Below are positions 25,548-37,700 of a DNA stretch of 64,000 bases, piece by piece. This DNA is from Octopus sinensis (Eukaryota), in the NCBI RefSeq assembly GCF_006345805.1, contig NC_043016.1:19654001-19718000 (forward strand), read 5' to 3'. The translations under genes and the position numbers were made by a program. Each line of letters starts with the position of its first letter. The first letter of the stretch is position 1. The notes beneath the pieces were generated by a model. The model was not told the DNA's origin. It did not search any database and was given only the letters and a program-made list of their open reading frames with translations.

Positions 25548-27044
25548 ATTAAAACTTAGCCGAGGCTAAACAAATGAAAAGCAGGATTGGCTGTGTTGTT
25601 AAAAAGTTAACTTTACAACCAGGCTGGTCTTGAGTTCAGTTCTACTGTGCAGCACTTCAGACTAGTGGTTTTGTGTTGACCAGTGCTTTGCAAGCAGAAG
25701 TTGGTGATGGAATCTGCCAAAGCTAGTCTTGCATGCATACACTTGCACAGGTGCACATGCACAGTCACTGTGCATCTTGTTTCACTGATATATATGTCAT
25801 CAGATAAAAACAAAACAAGTAAACTGGTGCTTTCAAACAAATTTGGTCCATTATAAGAAAGCTCATAACCAATGACATTTTTCACAAAATTATGCATTAC
25901 CAAAAGACAAAAAACAAATTGCTAGAACTTCAGTGTCTTAACTAGTAGTTATGTATAGGAACAGGTTTGTGCATGTAGACATAGCATATGGTCATCCTTA
26001 GAATATCTAATGATTTTTAGAGACAAGGGGTAATGAGGAGGGGACGGGAGTAAACTCACAGTTTTATCGATATATCTGGTTGTCATTGCTTAACTGGCTT
26101 TCTGCATGATTCCATGAGGTTGATTTATTCTGTGTATTTAATATGGTTCTTACTCTTACTCACTCAGTCACTCACTCACTCACTCTCTTTCTCTCTCTCT
26201 TTTGTTCCCTCTCTTTCTCAGTTGATCCACGAAACTCTCAAAATTAAAAAGCTGAAGGACACAGCTTCATGTAAAATAGCAATATATAAAACAAGCTTTT
26301 TTGGAAGCAATTACATAAAGCTATAAATAATAACGTGTAAATCATTGTCATTTATTGTCACATTTAACGTCTGTTTTCCATGCCAGCATGGGTTGGATGG
26401 TTTGACAGGAGCTGGTAGGGTGGGTCCACACCAGGCTCCAAATGTCTGCTCTGGCATAGTTTCTAGGGCTGGATGCCCTTCCTAGTGTCAGCCATTTTAC
26501 AGAGTGTACTTGGTGCTTTTTATGTGGCAACATCTCCAGTGCTTTTTACATGACACAATCATCAGTGCTTTTTTTTTTTGTGGCGCCATCACCAGTACCT
26601 TTTATGTGGCACTAGCATCGGTATCAATTCTGCTGTGGTAGATGGGTTTTCTTCAATATTAGGTTGAAAAATTATTTTAGATAGAAAGCATCAAAGACAA
26701 TCTCTAACTTGAAAAGATCTTTTAAACCCAATATTTACTTGCTGTTATTCATAGCTTTATGTGTGTGCTCAAGATATTCTGCTCCAAAAAAGGACTATTT
26801 CACATTCTCTCAAAAAGTTTATATAAAATATTATGACATCAAAATAAAATACTCTTTGAGAGACTGCAACAAATACTTCTATAACACTAAAGATACTAAT
26901 ATTTATAATTTTTTATTTTTAAAGAAAAATGTTTTTTTTTTTGTTTTGTATATTTAGATCTATCCTACTATGTTACAATTAGATTATTTTCTAGTCATAA
27001 TCAGCTGTTTTATTCTTGAATGTGGTACACAGTACTGAACCTGG

Positions 27045-27370
27045 TTCAAGCATAAACTTAAGGTAAAGTGTAAAGACTCCCTTCGGTCATGAATGACCAT
27101 GAGATGCACTTAGAAAGTTCCCCTCCAAGATACAAGTCTGGGCATGGAAGACCAGCAGTTTCCCATGCATACCAAACTCCCCTCTCTATGCCACCAATAT
27201 TTCCCAAGGGAAAGGGAAAGGCTGATACAGCTTGGCACTTGTGACATTGCATTTAATTTCTAGAACTGAGTGAACTGGAGCAATGTGAAATAAAGTGTCT
27301 TGCTCAAGAACACAATACACAGTCTGGTCTGGGAATCAAACTCACTACCTCATGATTGTGAGCCTGACAC
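27045..27370 (-). mobile_element. tRNA-derived SINE, family D (TTGTGTTCTTGAGCAAGACACTT...CTCCAGTTCACTCAG domain)
   Basis: Shared domain with 33255-33580 and 48420-49075. Confidence 0.7.
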
Positions 27371-27849
27371 AGGGTAATTATGCAGTTATCCATTAGGTTG
27401 TTGATTCCTAAACTCATTTTGTCCTGGAACTCATTGTACAACTTTCCAAACATCATGAAACCCATATCTATAATTTATGGGCAATAGTTGCATGTGATTG
27501 CAATAAAAGATGTTAAATGAAATAAAAGTTAAAATTTATTCTTATATATATATATATATATAAAAAGGCAACAACTTATAAACTTATTTTTAAAATGGTG
27601 CACACCATTTTTAAAAAAATAAAAAAATAAAATAAATTTTTATTGCATTTCCTTAAGATACCTTATCCTATGGAACACCAGAAATTTTTCTTGGAACATT
27701 CATTAGGGAACACACTAGCCACTAAAGATTGTGGTTCCCAAATCAATTCAAGGAAAGTTGCACTAAATGAAAAATTTGATTGTAAATTAGTAAAATATAT
27801 TACTTGATTGGAAATTTAACATGATATTCAGTAGGAATTCTTTTCTCTT

Positions 27850-28072
27850 AAAATTCTTATTTAAACCCGCCATATATCTGGCCCTAATATTCTACCTGTT
27901 TATGTTCAAAATGATCAAATCCAGCCTCTCACACCAACTCTACAATATCATTTGAAAATAAACAAACAAACACATGAAAATATCTTGAAGCTAAATTGTG
28001 ATGCATGATCAATTCAAATCAATGTGAATAAATAAGCATAGCATTTGACAGAGTAATCTGAATGCTAAAGGT
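27850..28072. mobile_element. piggyBac-type MITE, family 2 (reverse orientation)
   Basis: Ends CTGAATGCTAAAGGT|TTAA. Body is the reverse complement of 30285-30491. Confidence 0.6.
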
Positions 28073-28484
28073 TTAAGGTAGCAACTAGCCTAAATTACAA
28101 AAGAAATTGAATCTAATCCTGAAAAATAGTATAGTCTTCAGATAAATCTGGCAACGCTGCTGAAGATAATGCCAAATAAATTACCTGTTTGAAGAAAATC
28201 TAAAAACACTATATTATGCTTATATAAATTAAATGTAAATCAGCAGCAGCTGACAGGCTATATTATCTGAAAGAGATGTCTTTTTGGCACCGTTGAGAAA
28301 TCAACACGGTGGTTTTGTAAACAAGCAGAATCAAGCTGTTGCTGACGAAAGTAACATAACATATGACAAATGTATTTAGTTGTATGGCACAGCATTAGAA
28401 AAGAGCAAACAAACTAAGAAGCTTAATTATAAAACCTTGTATGATGATAATAATAATAATAATGATAATAATGATGGTTTTGAA

Positions 28485-29540
28485 TTTTGGCATAAGGCCA
28501 GTACACTTATGGAGAGGGTGCAAGTCAGTTGCATCACCCCCCCCCCCCAGTCCTCAACTGGTATTTATTTTATCAACCCTGAAAGAATAAAATGCAAAGT
28601 CACCCTCAGCGGTATTTGAACTTAAAATGGAAAGCTGGCATGTTAATAATTCTGCCTGTTCACCGGCACTAACAACAACATCAATAATGATGATGATCAT
28701 AATAATACTCCTTTCCATTATCAGCACAAGGCCTGAAATTCTGGGGAGTTGGGGGCTAGTGGATTACATTGATCCCAGTACTTGACAGATAAGTTATCAA
28801 TTCCCGAAAGAATGAAAGGTAAAGTCAACCTCAATAGAATTTGAATTCCAGACATAATGCCAGAGGAAATGTCCCTAAATATTTTGTATGGCTTGCTAAC
28901 AATTATGCCTGTTCACCACCTTAATAATAGTAATAATCATCATCATCATCGTCTGTTTTCCATGCTAGCATGGGTTGGAAGTATGACTGAGGGCTGGCAA
29001 ACCAGATGGCTGCACCTGGCTTCAAACTTGATCTGGCAGAGTTTCTACAGCTGGATGCCCTTCCTAACGCCATGCCCAATAATAATTTCAAATTTTCGCC
29101 ATAAGGGCAGCTTGGGGGAAAGGATCAAGTCGATTACATTAAGCGCAGTGCGTAACTAGTACTTACTTAAGCGACCCCGAAAGGATGAAAGGTAAAGTTG
29201 ACCTTGGCAGAATTTGAACTCAGAACGTAGATGCAGATGAAATACTGCTAAGCATTTTGCCTGGCGTGCTAATGATTTTCCCAGCTCGCCACCTTAATAA
29301 TAATAATGATGATGATTTCAAATTTTGGTATAAGGCCAGCAAATTTTTAGGAGAAAGAGTAAGTTCATTATATATGATCAACTTATACTGGTGCTTGACT
29401 AGTATTTATTCTGTTGACCCCCAAATAGGTGAGAGGTAAAGTTGAGCTCAACAGCACTTGAACTCATAGTGTAAAGCCAAAAGAAATACCACTAAGCAAT
29501 TTGTCTGGTTCAGTAATGATTCTGCCTGTTCACTACCTTT

Positions 29541-29575
<35 letters not shown>

Positions 29576-29785
29576 TGTTTCTAGAGTAGGCACATGATCC
29601 GGAATCTTGGGAGAAGGAATTAGTCTACTGTCAACCCTAGTATTTGACTGGTACTTTATTCTATTGACCCTGAGGAGATGAAAGACAAGGTTGATTTTGG
29701 AAGAATTTGACCTTAGAATGTGTAGAGCTAGAAGAAATACCATATGGCATTTTTCTGATGTTCTAGAGATTCTACCAATTGAAAA
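28485..29785 (-). repeat. Tandem cluster of ~5 degenerate family-A-related SINEs separated by (AAT/GAT)n, plus one RTE tail
   Basis: Repeated ...GACCC.GAAAGGATGAAAGG.AAAGT.GACCT.GGC.GAATTTGAACT... blocks at ~28570, 28800, 29175, 29420 and 29665. Confidence 0.75.
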
Positions 29786-29864
29786 ATACATTGATAATAA
29801 TGGGTCTTGGACCCATCAAAGTCTTTGTAGCAACATTGTTGATTTTTAATCTTTCCATTGTGTC

Positions 29865-30232
29865 GAGCGTGATCGTTGCCAGAGCGGCAAACTGGCTTTC
29901 GTGCCGGTGGCATGTAGGAGGCACCATTCGAGCAGGATCGTTACCAGCATCGCCTTACTGTCACCTGTGCTGTTGGCATGTGTAAAAAAAAAAAAAAAAA
30001 ATTTGAGCGAGGTCGTTGCCAGTACCGCCTGACTGGCCCTCGTGCCAGTGGCATGTAAAAGCACCAAACTACATTCTCAGAGTGGTTGGTGTTAGGAAGG
30101 GCATCCAGCTGTAGAAACTCTGCCAGATCAAGATTGAAGCCTGGTGCAGCCATCTGGTTCGCTAGCCCTCAGTCAAACCATCAAACCCATGCTAGCATGG
30201 AAAGTGGATGTTAAATGATGATGATGGTGGTG
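29865..30232 (+). mobile_element. RTE-type 3' region with three ~65-bp tandem subunits and GATGATG tail
   Basis: TCGAGC..GATCGTT.CCAG units followed by GGTTGGTGTTAGGAAGGGCATCCAGC...AACCCATGCTAGCATGGAAAG. Confidence 0.75.
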
Positions 30233-30284
30233 GTGGTGGAGTCCATCTCTTCTATTTTGAATCCTTTCCTGTTGACATCTTTAA

Positions 30285-30491
30285 CTCTTTACCATTCAGA
30301 TTACTCTGTCAAATGTATTGCTTATTCATTCACATTGTTTCCAATCAATCATAGCTTTGAGATTTTGTTGATATAATTGTTTTATTTTTAGACTGACATT
30401 GCAGGGTAAGTGTAAGGCCAGATCTGGCCACTTTGAACATAAAACTGGTAGAATATTTGAGCCGAATATAGTTGGTTTAAATGCTGAAGGG
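30285..30491. mobile_element. piggyBac-type MITE, family 2
   Basis: TTAA|CTCTTTACCATTCAG ... AAATGCTGAAGGG|CTAA. Confidence 0.7.
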
Positions 30492-31066
30492 CTAAATACA
30501 GTGCATAATTTATTTTGATTAATTTTGAAGAATTTTATAAACCAACTATATCTCTTTTGTTTTTATTGTTTGGGACAATTTTTGACATAAGATATAACAT
30601 TATCATTATTAAGTGCCAAATACTCAACTTTAAAATTAAAATGGTGGATTCGGGGTCTTACCACACCATAGCTATAACATGCTTTGAACCAATGATCTAT
30701 TTATTTTGTGGATAATATGGTGACCTTATCACAAAGACACTCGAAATAGTTTGTAGAAAAAAACTGATTATTTTACTGCTTCTGTATTCATTTTCTCAAA
30801 TTCATTCTTGTCTGGTTTCTTTCTTTATTTATTCTTAATGATTTACTTAGTGTACATTTTTTTTATATCTGTTCTCTGCTTAGTTGTATTTAATATCTTG
30901 TAACTAATATATATTATATTGTGTATCTAAGTGTGTGTTTTCTACTCATTTCGTTTGGTAAACATTGCACGGATATTCCCTATTGTACACAGAGAAAATC
31001 GTTGCATGTGACACTAATTATGATAAGGATTCAGAATGGTGTTTTATTGTTTATATTAATGAAATG

Positions 31067-31098
<32 letters not shown>

Positions 31099-31352
31099 CG
31101 TAACAACAATCATTAGTATAATTATTGTTGTTAAAAGAAATCCCCATTATTCTGTTAATGCTGTTGATACAATAGCAAAATCAAATATTTTAGTAACTGA
31201 ATTGTGGCAGAGTAGACACTCATGTAACCATCAGCGCTACCAGTACCACCAGTTATTATTATTATTATTATTATAGTAATAACAACAACCACAATAGCAT
31301 TACCAATAATATCTTAATTGTAAATAATTTGGACGCCCTCTCTACTAATAAA

Positions 31353-31472
31353 AGAAATTAGCGGATTGGCAAAATTGTGAGACCATTTGAAAAAAATGCA
31401 GCATTTTTTTCTTAGGATAAATGCTGCATTTTTTTCAAATGCTCTCACAATTTTGTCGATCCACTAATTTCT
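31353..31472. repeat. 54-bp-arm hairpin formed from an inverted duplication of a SINE head
   Basis: Arms 31353-31406 and 31419-31472, 50/54 identical, 12-nt loop. The SINE body continues downstream. Confidence 0.85.
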
Positions 31473-32532
31473 GAGTTCTTATGTTCTTAGTTCAAACCTC
31501 ATTGATATCAATTTTGTCTTTCATTCTTTCAGGGTCAATAAAATAAAATAACAGTCAAGTAATGAGGTCAGTTTAATCAACAAGCCTCCAGTCCCAAATT
31601 TTCAACATTTCTCCAGATCGTCCTGCCAAACCCAGCTTTAATCTTGATCCTTCTTGGATCAATAAACTGTACCAGTAGTGTAATCAACTTAACCTCTCTC
31701 TCTCTCTCTCTCTCTCTCTGAATCTCTAGCCTTGTGTCTATGGTAGAAATCACTCATCATCACCACCGTCATCAGTGATGGTAGTGGTAGTAGTAGTACA
31801 ACTGCTGGCACTTGGAGTAATGCTTCTAGTATTTCCAAAAACCATTACATACATAATCAGCTAGGGGTCTCAATGACGTGGATTTAGATAAATATGTTTA
31901 AGGGTTGGTGAACTGAATTGATCTTTGTGAAAACAAAACAACAACCATAAATCTTTACGGAATAACAAGCAAATCCTTGCAGATCTAAGATCAAACTGAC
32001 CTTGAACAAAAAGGCCAAACCATTAAAGAGGTCCTGGATGTCCAATGCACACACACACTCACAAACAAGCATGCATATGAGTGTACACACACAGCCACAC
32101 ACACATGCATGTGCACAAGCACATACATGTATTCTTTGCTTACTCTCACCCTTCCCTTCTCTTGTAAGCAATCACACATCTACATACTCACATAAAAGAC
32201 TAATTCTCAGACTCAAGGCAGACTTTGAAGAGAGAGAGGTCATGTCGATGATGGGATCACGAACAACAATGGAGGGACTTGGTTAAACAATCAATCGTTT
32301 ATCAAACACATTAAACAAATGATAGACTAATTAGTTGGTTAGAGATATTTAACTGCTTGATTAACAATAAAGAAGTGAGGTTGAACTTGTGTGTGTGTTC
32401 ATTATTACTGGCATAATGATCCCACTCCCCACCCCAACAGAAACAGAAAAAGGAAACTAAAAAAAAATTAACAAAATTTTCCCAATTGAAATTTAGCCTC
32501 TCAATTTGAGAAAGAAACAAATAAAAACTAGT

Positions 32533-32722
32533 TCCTTAAATCCTTAAAAATGTTTTAGCCCAAAGGCCGCGGCCATGCTGGGGCACCACCGCTGAAAAGG
32601 GAATGCTTACAGCACCTAGGTTTCCCAAGCGGTCACCCATTTAAGTACTAACTAGGCTCGATGTTGCTTAACTTCGGTGATCAGACGAGAACCGGTGCTT
32701 TCAATGTGATATGGCCATAAGT
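32533..32722 (-). mobile_element. 5S rRNA-headed element with LINE-type tail (SINE3-like)
   Basis: The 5S sequence is followed directly by ...GGTGGTGCCCCAGCATGGCCGCGGCCTTTGGGCTAAAACATTTTTAAGGATTTAAGGA, a tail also present at 63104-63171. Confidence 0.65.
32603..32722 (-). pseudogene. 5S rRNA: 5S rRNA-derived sequence (full ~120 nt, diverged)
   Basis: ACTTATGGCCATATCACATTGAAAGCACCGGTTCTCGTCTGATCACCGAAGTTAAGCAAC...TAGTACTTAAATGGGTGACCGCTTGGGAA...GGTGCTGTAAGC. Solitary copy with substitutions in box C. Confidence 0.9.
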
Positions 32723-33254
32723 TGTTAGAGATTGTCAAGAAGGGAAGATATTTTCAAGAAATTAAGAATTAATTTCACAAAAATATTAAATTGCATGATC
32801 AAGTAACTGAGCCAAACTTTCCATTAATAAAAAAAAAAAAAGAATTAGCAAAAAAACCTAAAGGATATATTACATCTTAACCACATGACCATACCTGTGC
32901 CTAAGGAGAAAAGCGTAGTTTTTATAGAATGTAATATAAATTTAATGTTACTAATATAGAAGTTATCTGTACTCAGAAAGCAGTCATAGGTGCAGCCAGT
33001 TTGAAGAAATATGGTAAATGGTAGCACATTCATGTATAAGTATTCATTTCCTCTCACTCCACCCTTTCTATCAAGACTATATTTTACACACCAGAGGTGT
33101 TGGAATCAGTAGGGAACCTGTACATGGTCATTCAGTCTACTAGAAATAGCAGCCAAATTTCCATCAAATTAAACCCTACTTTCTTTGAAAAAAAAAAAAG
33201 AGAAGAAAAGATAGAAAACATTGGTAAATGTTGCCTGAAGTTTTTTTACTGGCA

Positions 33255-33580
33255 CTCCATCGGTTCCGACAATGAAGGGTCCCAGTTGATTTGATCAACA
33301 GAACAGCCTGCTCTTGTATGTTAATTCATACAAGTGGCTGAGCAATCAACAGATATGTGTACCCTTAATATAGTTCTCAGGGAGATTCAGTGCTATACAT
33401 TGTGTAACAAGGCTGGTCCTTTGAAATACAGGTGCTACTCATTTTTGTCAGTGGAATGGACTGGAGCAGCTTGAAATAAAGTTTCTTGCCCAAGAACACA
33501 ACGTGTCACTGGGAATTGAACTCGCAACCTTACGATTGTGAGTCGAATACCCTAACCACTAAGCCACATGCCTTCATGTT
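33255..33580 (-). mobile_element. tRNA-derived SINE, family D
   Basis: Head GGCATGTGGCTTAGTGGTTAGGGTATTCGACTCACAATCGTAAGGTTGCGAGTTCAATTCCC on the minus strand. Confidence 0.8.
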
Positions 33581-33735
33581 GTCTGAAGAATTCTGTAGCT
33601 AAAGATAAATTATGATGTTCAAGGCTGGGATCTATTTTTGATCATCGGTCAGATTGGGACTAAATAACAAGCCATAGAAATATTTGGATGCCCTGAATTA
33701 GAATTGATATCTTAATAGATTTGTATAAATGATTC

Positions 33736-33966
33736 GTATTTCTTTACTGCCCACAAGGGGCTACATACACAGGGACAAACAAGGACAGACAAACGGATTA
33801 AGTCAATTATATCAACCCCAGTGCATAACTGGTACTTAATTTATCAACCCCGAAAGGAGGAAAGGCAAAGTCAACCTTAGCAGAATTTGAACTCAGAACG
33901 TAGCGGCATACGAAATACCACAAAGCATTTTGCCTGGCATGCTAACGTTTCTGCCAGCTCGCCGCC
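33736..33966 (-). mobile_element. tRNA-derived SINE, family A
   Basis: 16-bp TSD TTTGTATAAATGATTC at 33720-33735 and 33967-33982. Confidence 0.92.
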
Positions 33967-34391
33967 TTTGTATAAATGATTCTACTGACAGTTATGTGTT
34001 TTTTTGTTTGCAAGTGTGACTTTTACTATCATCGTTTATCTTACTTGTTTCAGTTATTAGACTATGGCTTTGCTGGGGTACCACCACCTTGAAGAATTTT
34101 TAGTCAAACATATCAACCCCCGGTATACTTATTTTCTCTTTAAGCCTGGTGTTTATTGTATCAATTTCTTTTGCCAAACATGGAATGACATAGTTTCTAA
34201 GTGAACACTTAACTACACCATCAGACATATTTTATTGACCCTGAATGGATGAAAGGCAATCTTTATATAACCCTGAACTTTCCTTTAAGGAACAGTTTAT
34301 GCTGTTCCGTCACCTTCTATATCTTGAAAAGAAATAGGTTTCTAAGTTATGCACAAGATTACAAATTGTAAGAATGTGGTGCATTTGATTG

Positions 34392-34615
34392 CCCTTCACA
34401 GTATTCAGATTATTCTATCAAATGTAATGCTTATTTATTCACCTTGTTTTAACTTAATGATGCATTATCTCATAATTTTGAGATTGTAGTGATGTGATTG
34501 TTTATTTTTAGAATGTCATTTTAGGGTATATGTGGGAAGCCAGATCAGGTTGGTTTGAGCATAAGACCCAGGTAGAATATTTAGGCTGGATATGGCTGGT
34601 TTAAATGCTAAAGGG
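34392..34615. mobile_element. piggyBac-type MITE, family 2
   Basis: Ends AAATGCTAAAGGG|TTAA. Body similar to 30285-30491. Confidence 0.65.
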
Positions 34616-34764
34616 TTAAATTGGTTTTAATATTTGACTGCTTATTTTATAGATTCCAAGAGGTATAAAATATAACTTGATCCCCAGTCAGTAAGAATTG
34701 AAGACAGAGTGTAAAAGGACATCTCATCCCCAACTCTTTCTTCTTTCCTAATAATATTAATAAT

Positions 34765-35272
34765 GAGCAAAATGCCACCCTGTCCAATGGACGGTGCTGA
34801 GTTGTCAAACATTTAAACCAAATTTTCTCAAAACAACTTGTCCAACCGTCCCATAGGCCTCCCCTTTGAGAAACACTGATTTAGTATAAATTTGAGGCAC
34901 CAGCAAAAGGAGAAATAAAGATAGACTTTTTTTCTATTGCAAAGAAAAACGATTTTATTCACACAAATATGCAACCGAAGAGTTAAAAGTACCAGTAATG
35001 ATAAGGCTGTTGACTGGGAGAACACAAATATGGTTTAAACAACAAGCTTGGCAGGAAAGGAACGTGCCTTTAAGCAGTACAAAAACAACAAAAAATGGAA
35101 GGTGCAGGTATGCATTCTCATCTGGAATCGATTTTTGTAATTTTTTCAAGACTTATACACGCACTGATACTGTCGGTATCAACATATCAAATTTGAGCAT
35201 AATCGGATGGAGGATGCCTGAGATCCTAGAAGACACACAGAGAGACAGACAGAACAGATTTTATATAATAGA
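34765..35272 (-). mobile_element. Non-autonomous Helitron-like element
   Basis: 5' end A|TCTATTATATAAAATCTGTTCTGTCTGTC on the minus strand. Subterminal hairpin GTCC-AAT-GGAC (34782-34792). 3' CTAG is degenerate. Confidence 0.6.
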
Positions 35273-37396
35273 TAATAATTCTTTCTAATCTTGGAATAAT
35301 TTGAAGGGAGGTCACTAGTTGACTACTTGACTAGTATTTTATTTCATTGACCCCCAAAAGAAGATATTGAAACTGTTTTATTCAATATATATTAAAGCAA
35401 CATTTTTTTTTTTGTTGTTATTGTGGTTTACAATCAAAGTACTTTTTTTTTTTCTTTTTTGTTTAAATATATAATTTTGTTGTTTTTGTTCTTTCTTCCG
35501 TGGGAATCACTGCTTTCACCACTGCCACTTCTTCTGTTACTGTTGTGTCTGATGCGGCCATCACCACCAATACTGCAAATATGATCTTTATGAATTTTGT
35601 TATCCTCACAACTATTATCACTTCTATTGCTGCATGAAAATGCTCCACTATCACTGCAATTGCCTGCCAAGACTACTACATCTATTAAACTATCTTTTTT
35701 TCTACCACCACCACCACCACCACCACCACCACCAGCACTGTTATTTGTTTGTTTTCTTTTGGTGCACTTATCACCTCTCTTGTTTATTGATGTTATTCTT
35801 TGGTGATCTATTGTTGTTATATTGTTTTTAATATATGTTTGTGTATCGTATTAATGTGTATGTGTGTATGTACACATACTTACACCTCTACATACCAGGA
35901 AGTACTAACACTTGTACTGTTTCTGTTTCAGTTACTATGTCTTTTTTGTCTAAATTCTGTTACATAGAAACCTTTTGAATTAAAGCTTTTGACCCCTTTT
36001 TTTCCCCCTTGGTTTCTGTTGGTTTGCTTGATCACAGTTGACCAAGAGGATAATCAACAGCATATAAATAGTTTCTAGATGCAGGCATGTCCATGTTGGC
36101 TAAAACGTTTTACAAAGAACAATAAAACACAAGACAAATAACACTTAACTTATGATAAGGTATATAAGGCTGCCTGAAAGGAATGGAGGTATATAGTTTA
36201 TTAAATTCACTCTTGTGGATCACTGGTATATTATTAAATTGATTTTGGCTTAGAGAACAAATTGTATTGCAATGATGTTTGCATGGTCTATAACACTAGT
36301 GGTGGTGATGACAGAGAAGGAAGAAGAAATCATAGCACAAAAGTCATGGCGGTTAGGGCTGATGTTTGAAGATATGAAGTTATTTTCATACTGGAGACTT
36401 GGTTCAAATGCTTGTAGTTGAGTGGTCTCTATTAAAGGTGCTCTGAGGACAATAATGGTGCTAAAACAGGCAACCCTGACCCTAATTCCTGAAGCATAGA
36501 TAGTCTACACAGTGAGTTTTCACATAAAGTGCCATTAAGTTTCACTCGCAAAAGTTTGGGTTGTTCCAAGGCTATATTAGAAGATACTTACCCAAGGTGC
36601 CAATCTCCAATTAGAGTCTTGACATTTCTACTGCTAGTCCTTCATCAAAGGTTATAGGAGGAGACTGAAAGAAAACTGGATGGTGGTTATATATACATGT
36701 ACATGTAGACATATGTATTAGTGTGTCTATGTATGAATATGTGTATATTTATTTGTATTATGAATTTACGGTAAAAATATTTTTTACCTTCACCCATTCA
36801 ATACAATAAATGAATTAATTGCATTGCAATTATAAGCATTTATGTATTTAGTATTTGGGTGCTTCACCAGCAGTATATTGGATAACTGATATCCCATAGT
36901 GGGACCCTCATAACCCCTATCTTACTTTGTACTATGAATATGTGTATATATTCTTTTGCTGGTGTTTGTTATTGAACTGAGGCCATGCTGTGACATCTTT
37001 AAAGGTTTGGTCAATTCTGTCAACCCAAGTATTATAGTATTTATTTTATCAAATGACCCAAGTTACAGGACATATATGGGACAATACAACACATACAACT
37101 TTATAAACACATGCACACACACACAAGCTTCCATCTACTAAATTCCACTCACAAAGTTTAGTCGACCTGTGGCTACATTTGGCATTTGCCCAAGCTGCCA
37201 GGCTGTGGAATTGAACTCCACTGCCTCATGTTTACAAGGCAAACTTCTCAGCCACATAATTATGCCTATACATACATATTTCCTTCTGTATGTAGATAAA
37301 AGGATTCATTAAGAAAGCATATACTTTTTTAATTGTTCTTTCATATGTTATATAATTAGAAGTTGTTTGTTTATTTTTGGTAGTATTTATTTCATT

Positions 37397-37465
<69 letters not shown>

Positions 37466-37700
37466 CTCACTAAACATAAATATGTATGTCTAACTAATTC
37501 CTTTTAAAGTCACATTATAAAAGTAATAACATTGTATCCAATTAGAATTTTAAAATTGATTAATTTACTTATGATTTATTTTGTTTTAACAAAAATAATC
37601 TAAGAAAGGAGAAAACCAAATTTAAAATTGGTTTCCTTTTTCTTGCTTTTCTTTTGAATTTAGCTGAAATTGAAATTGTCATTTTTATTTCTTTTTCTAG

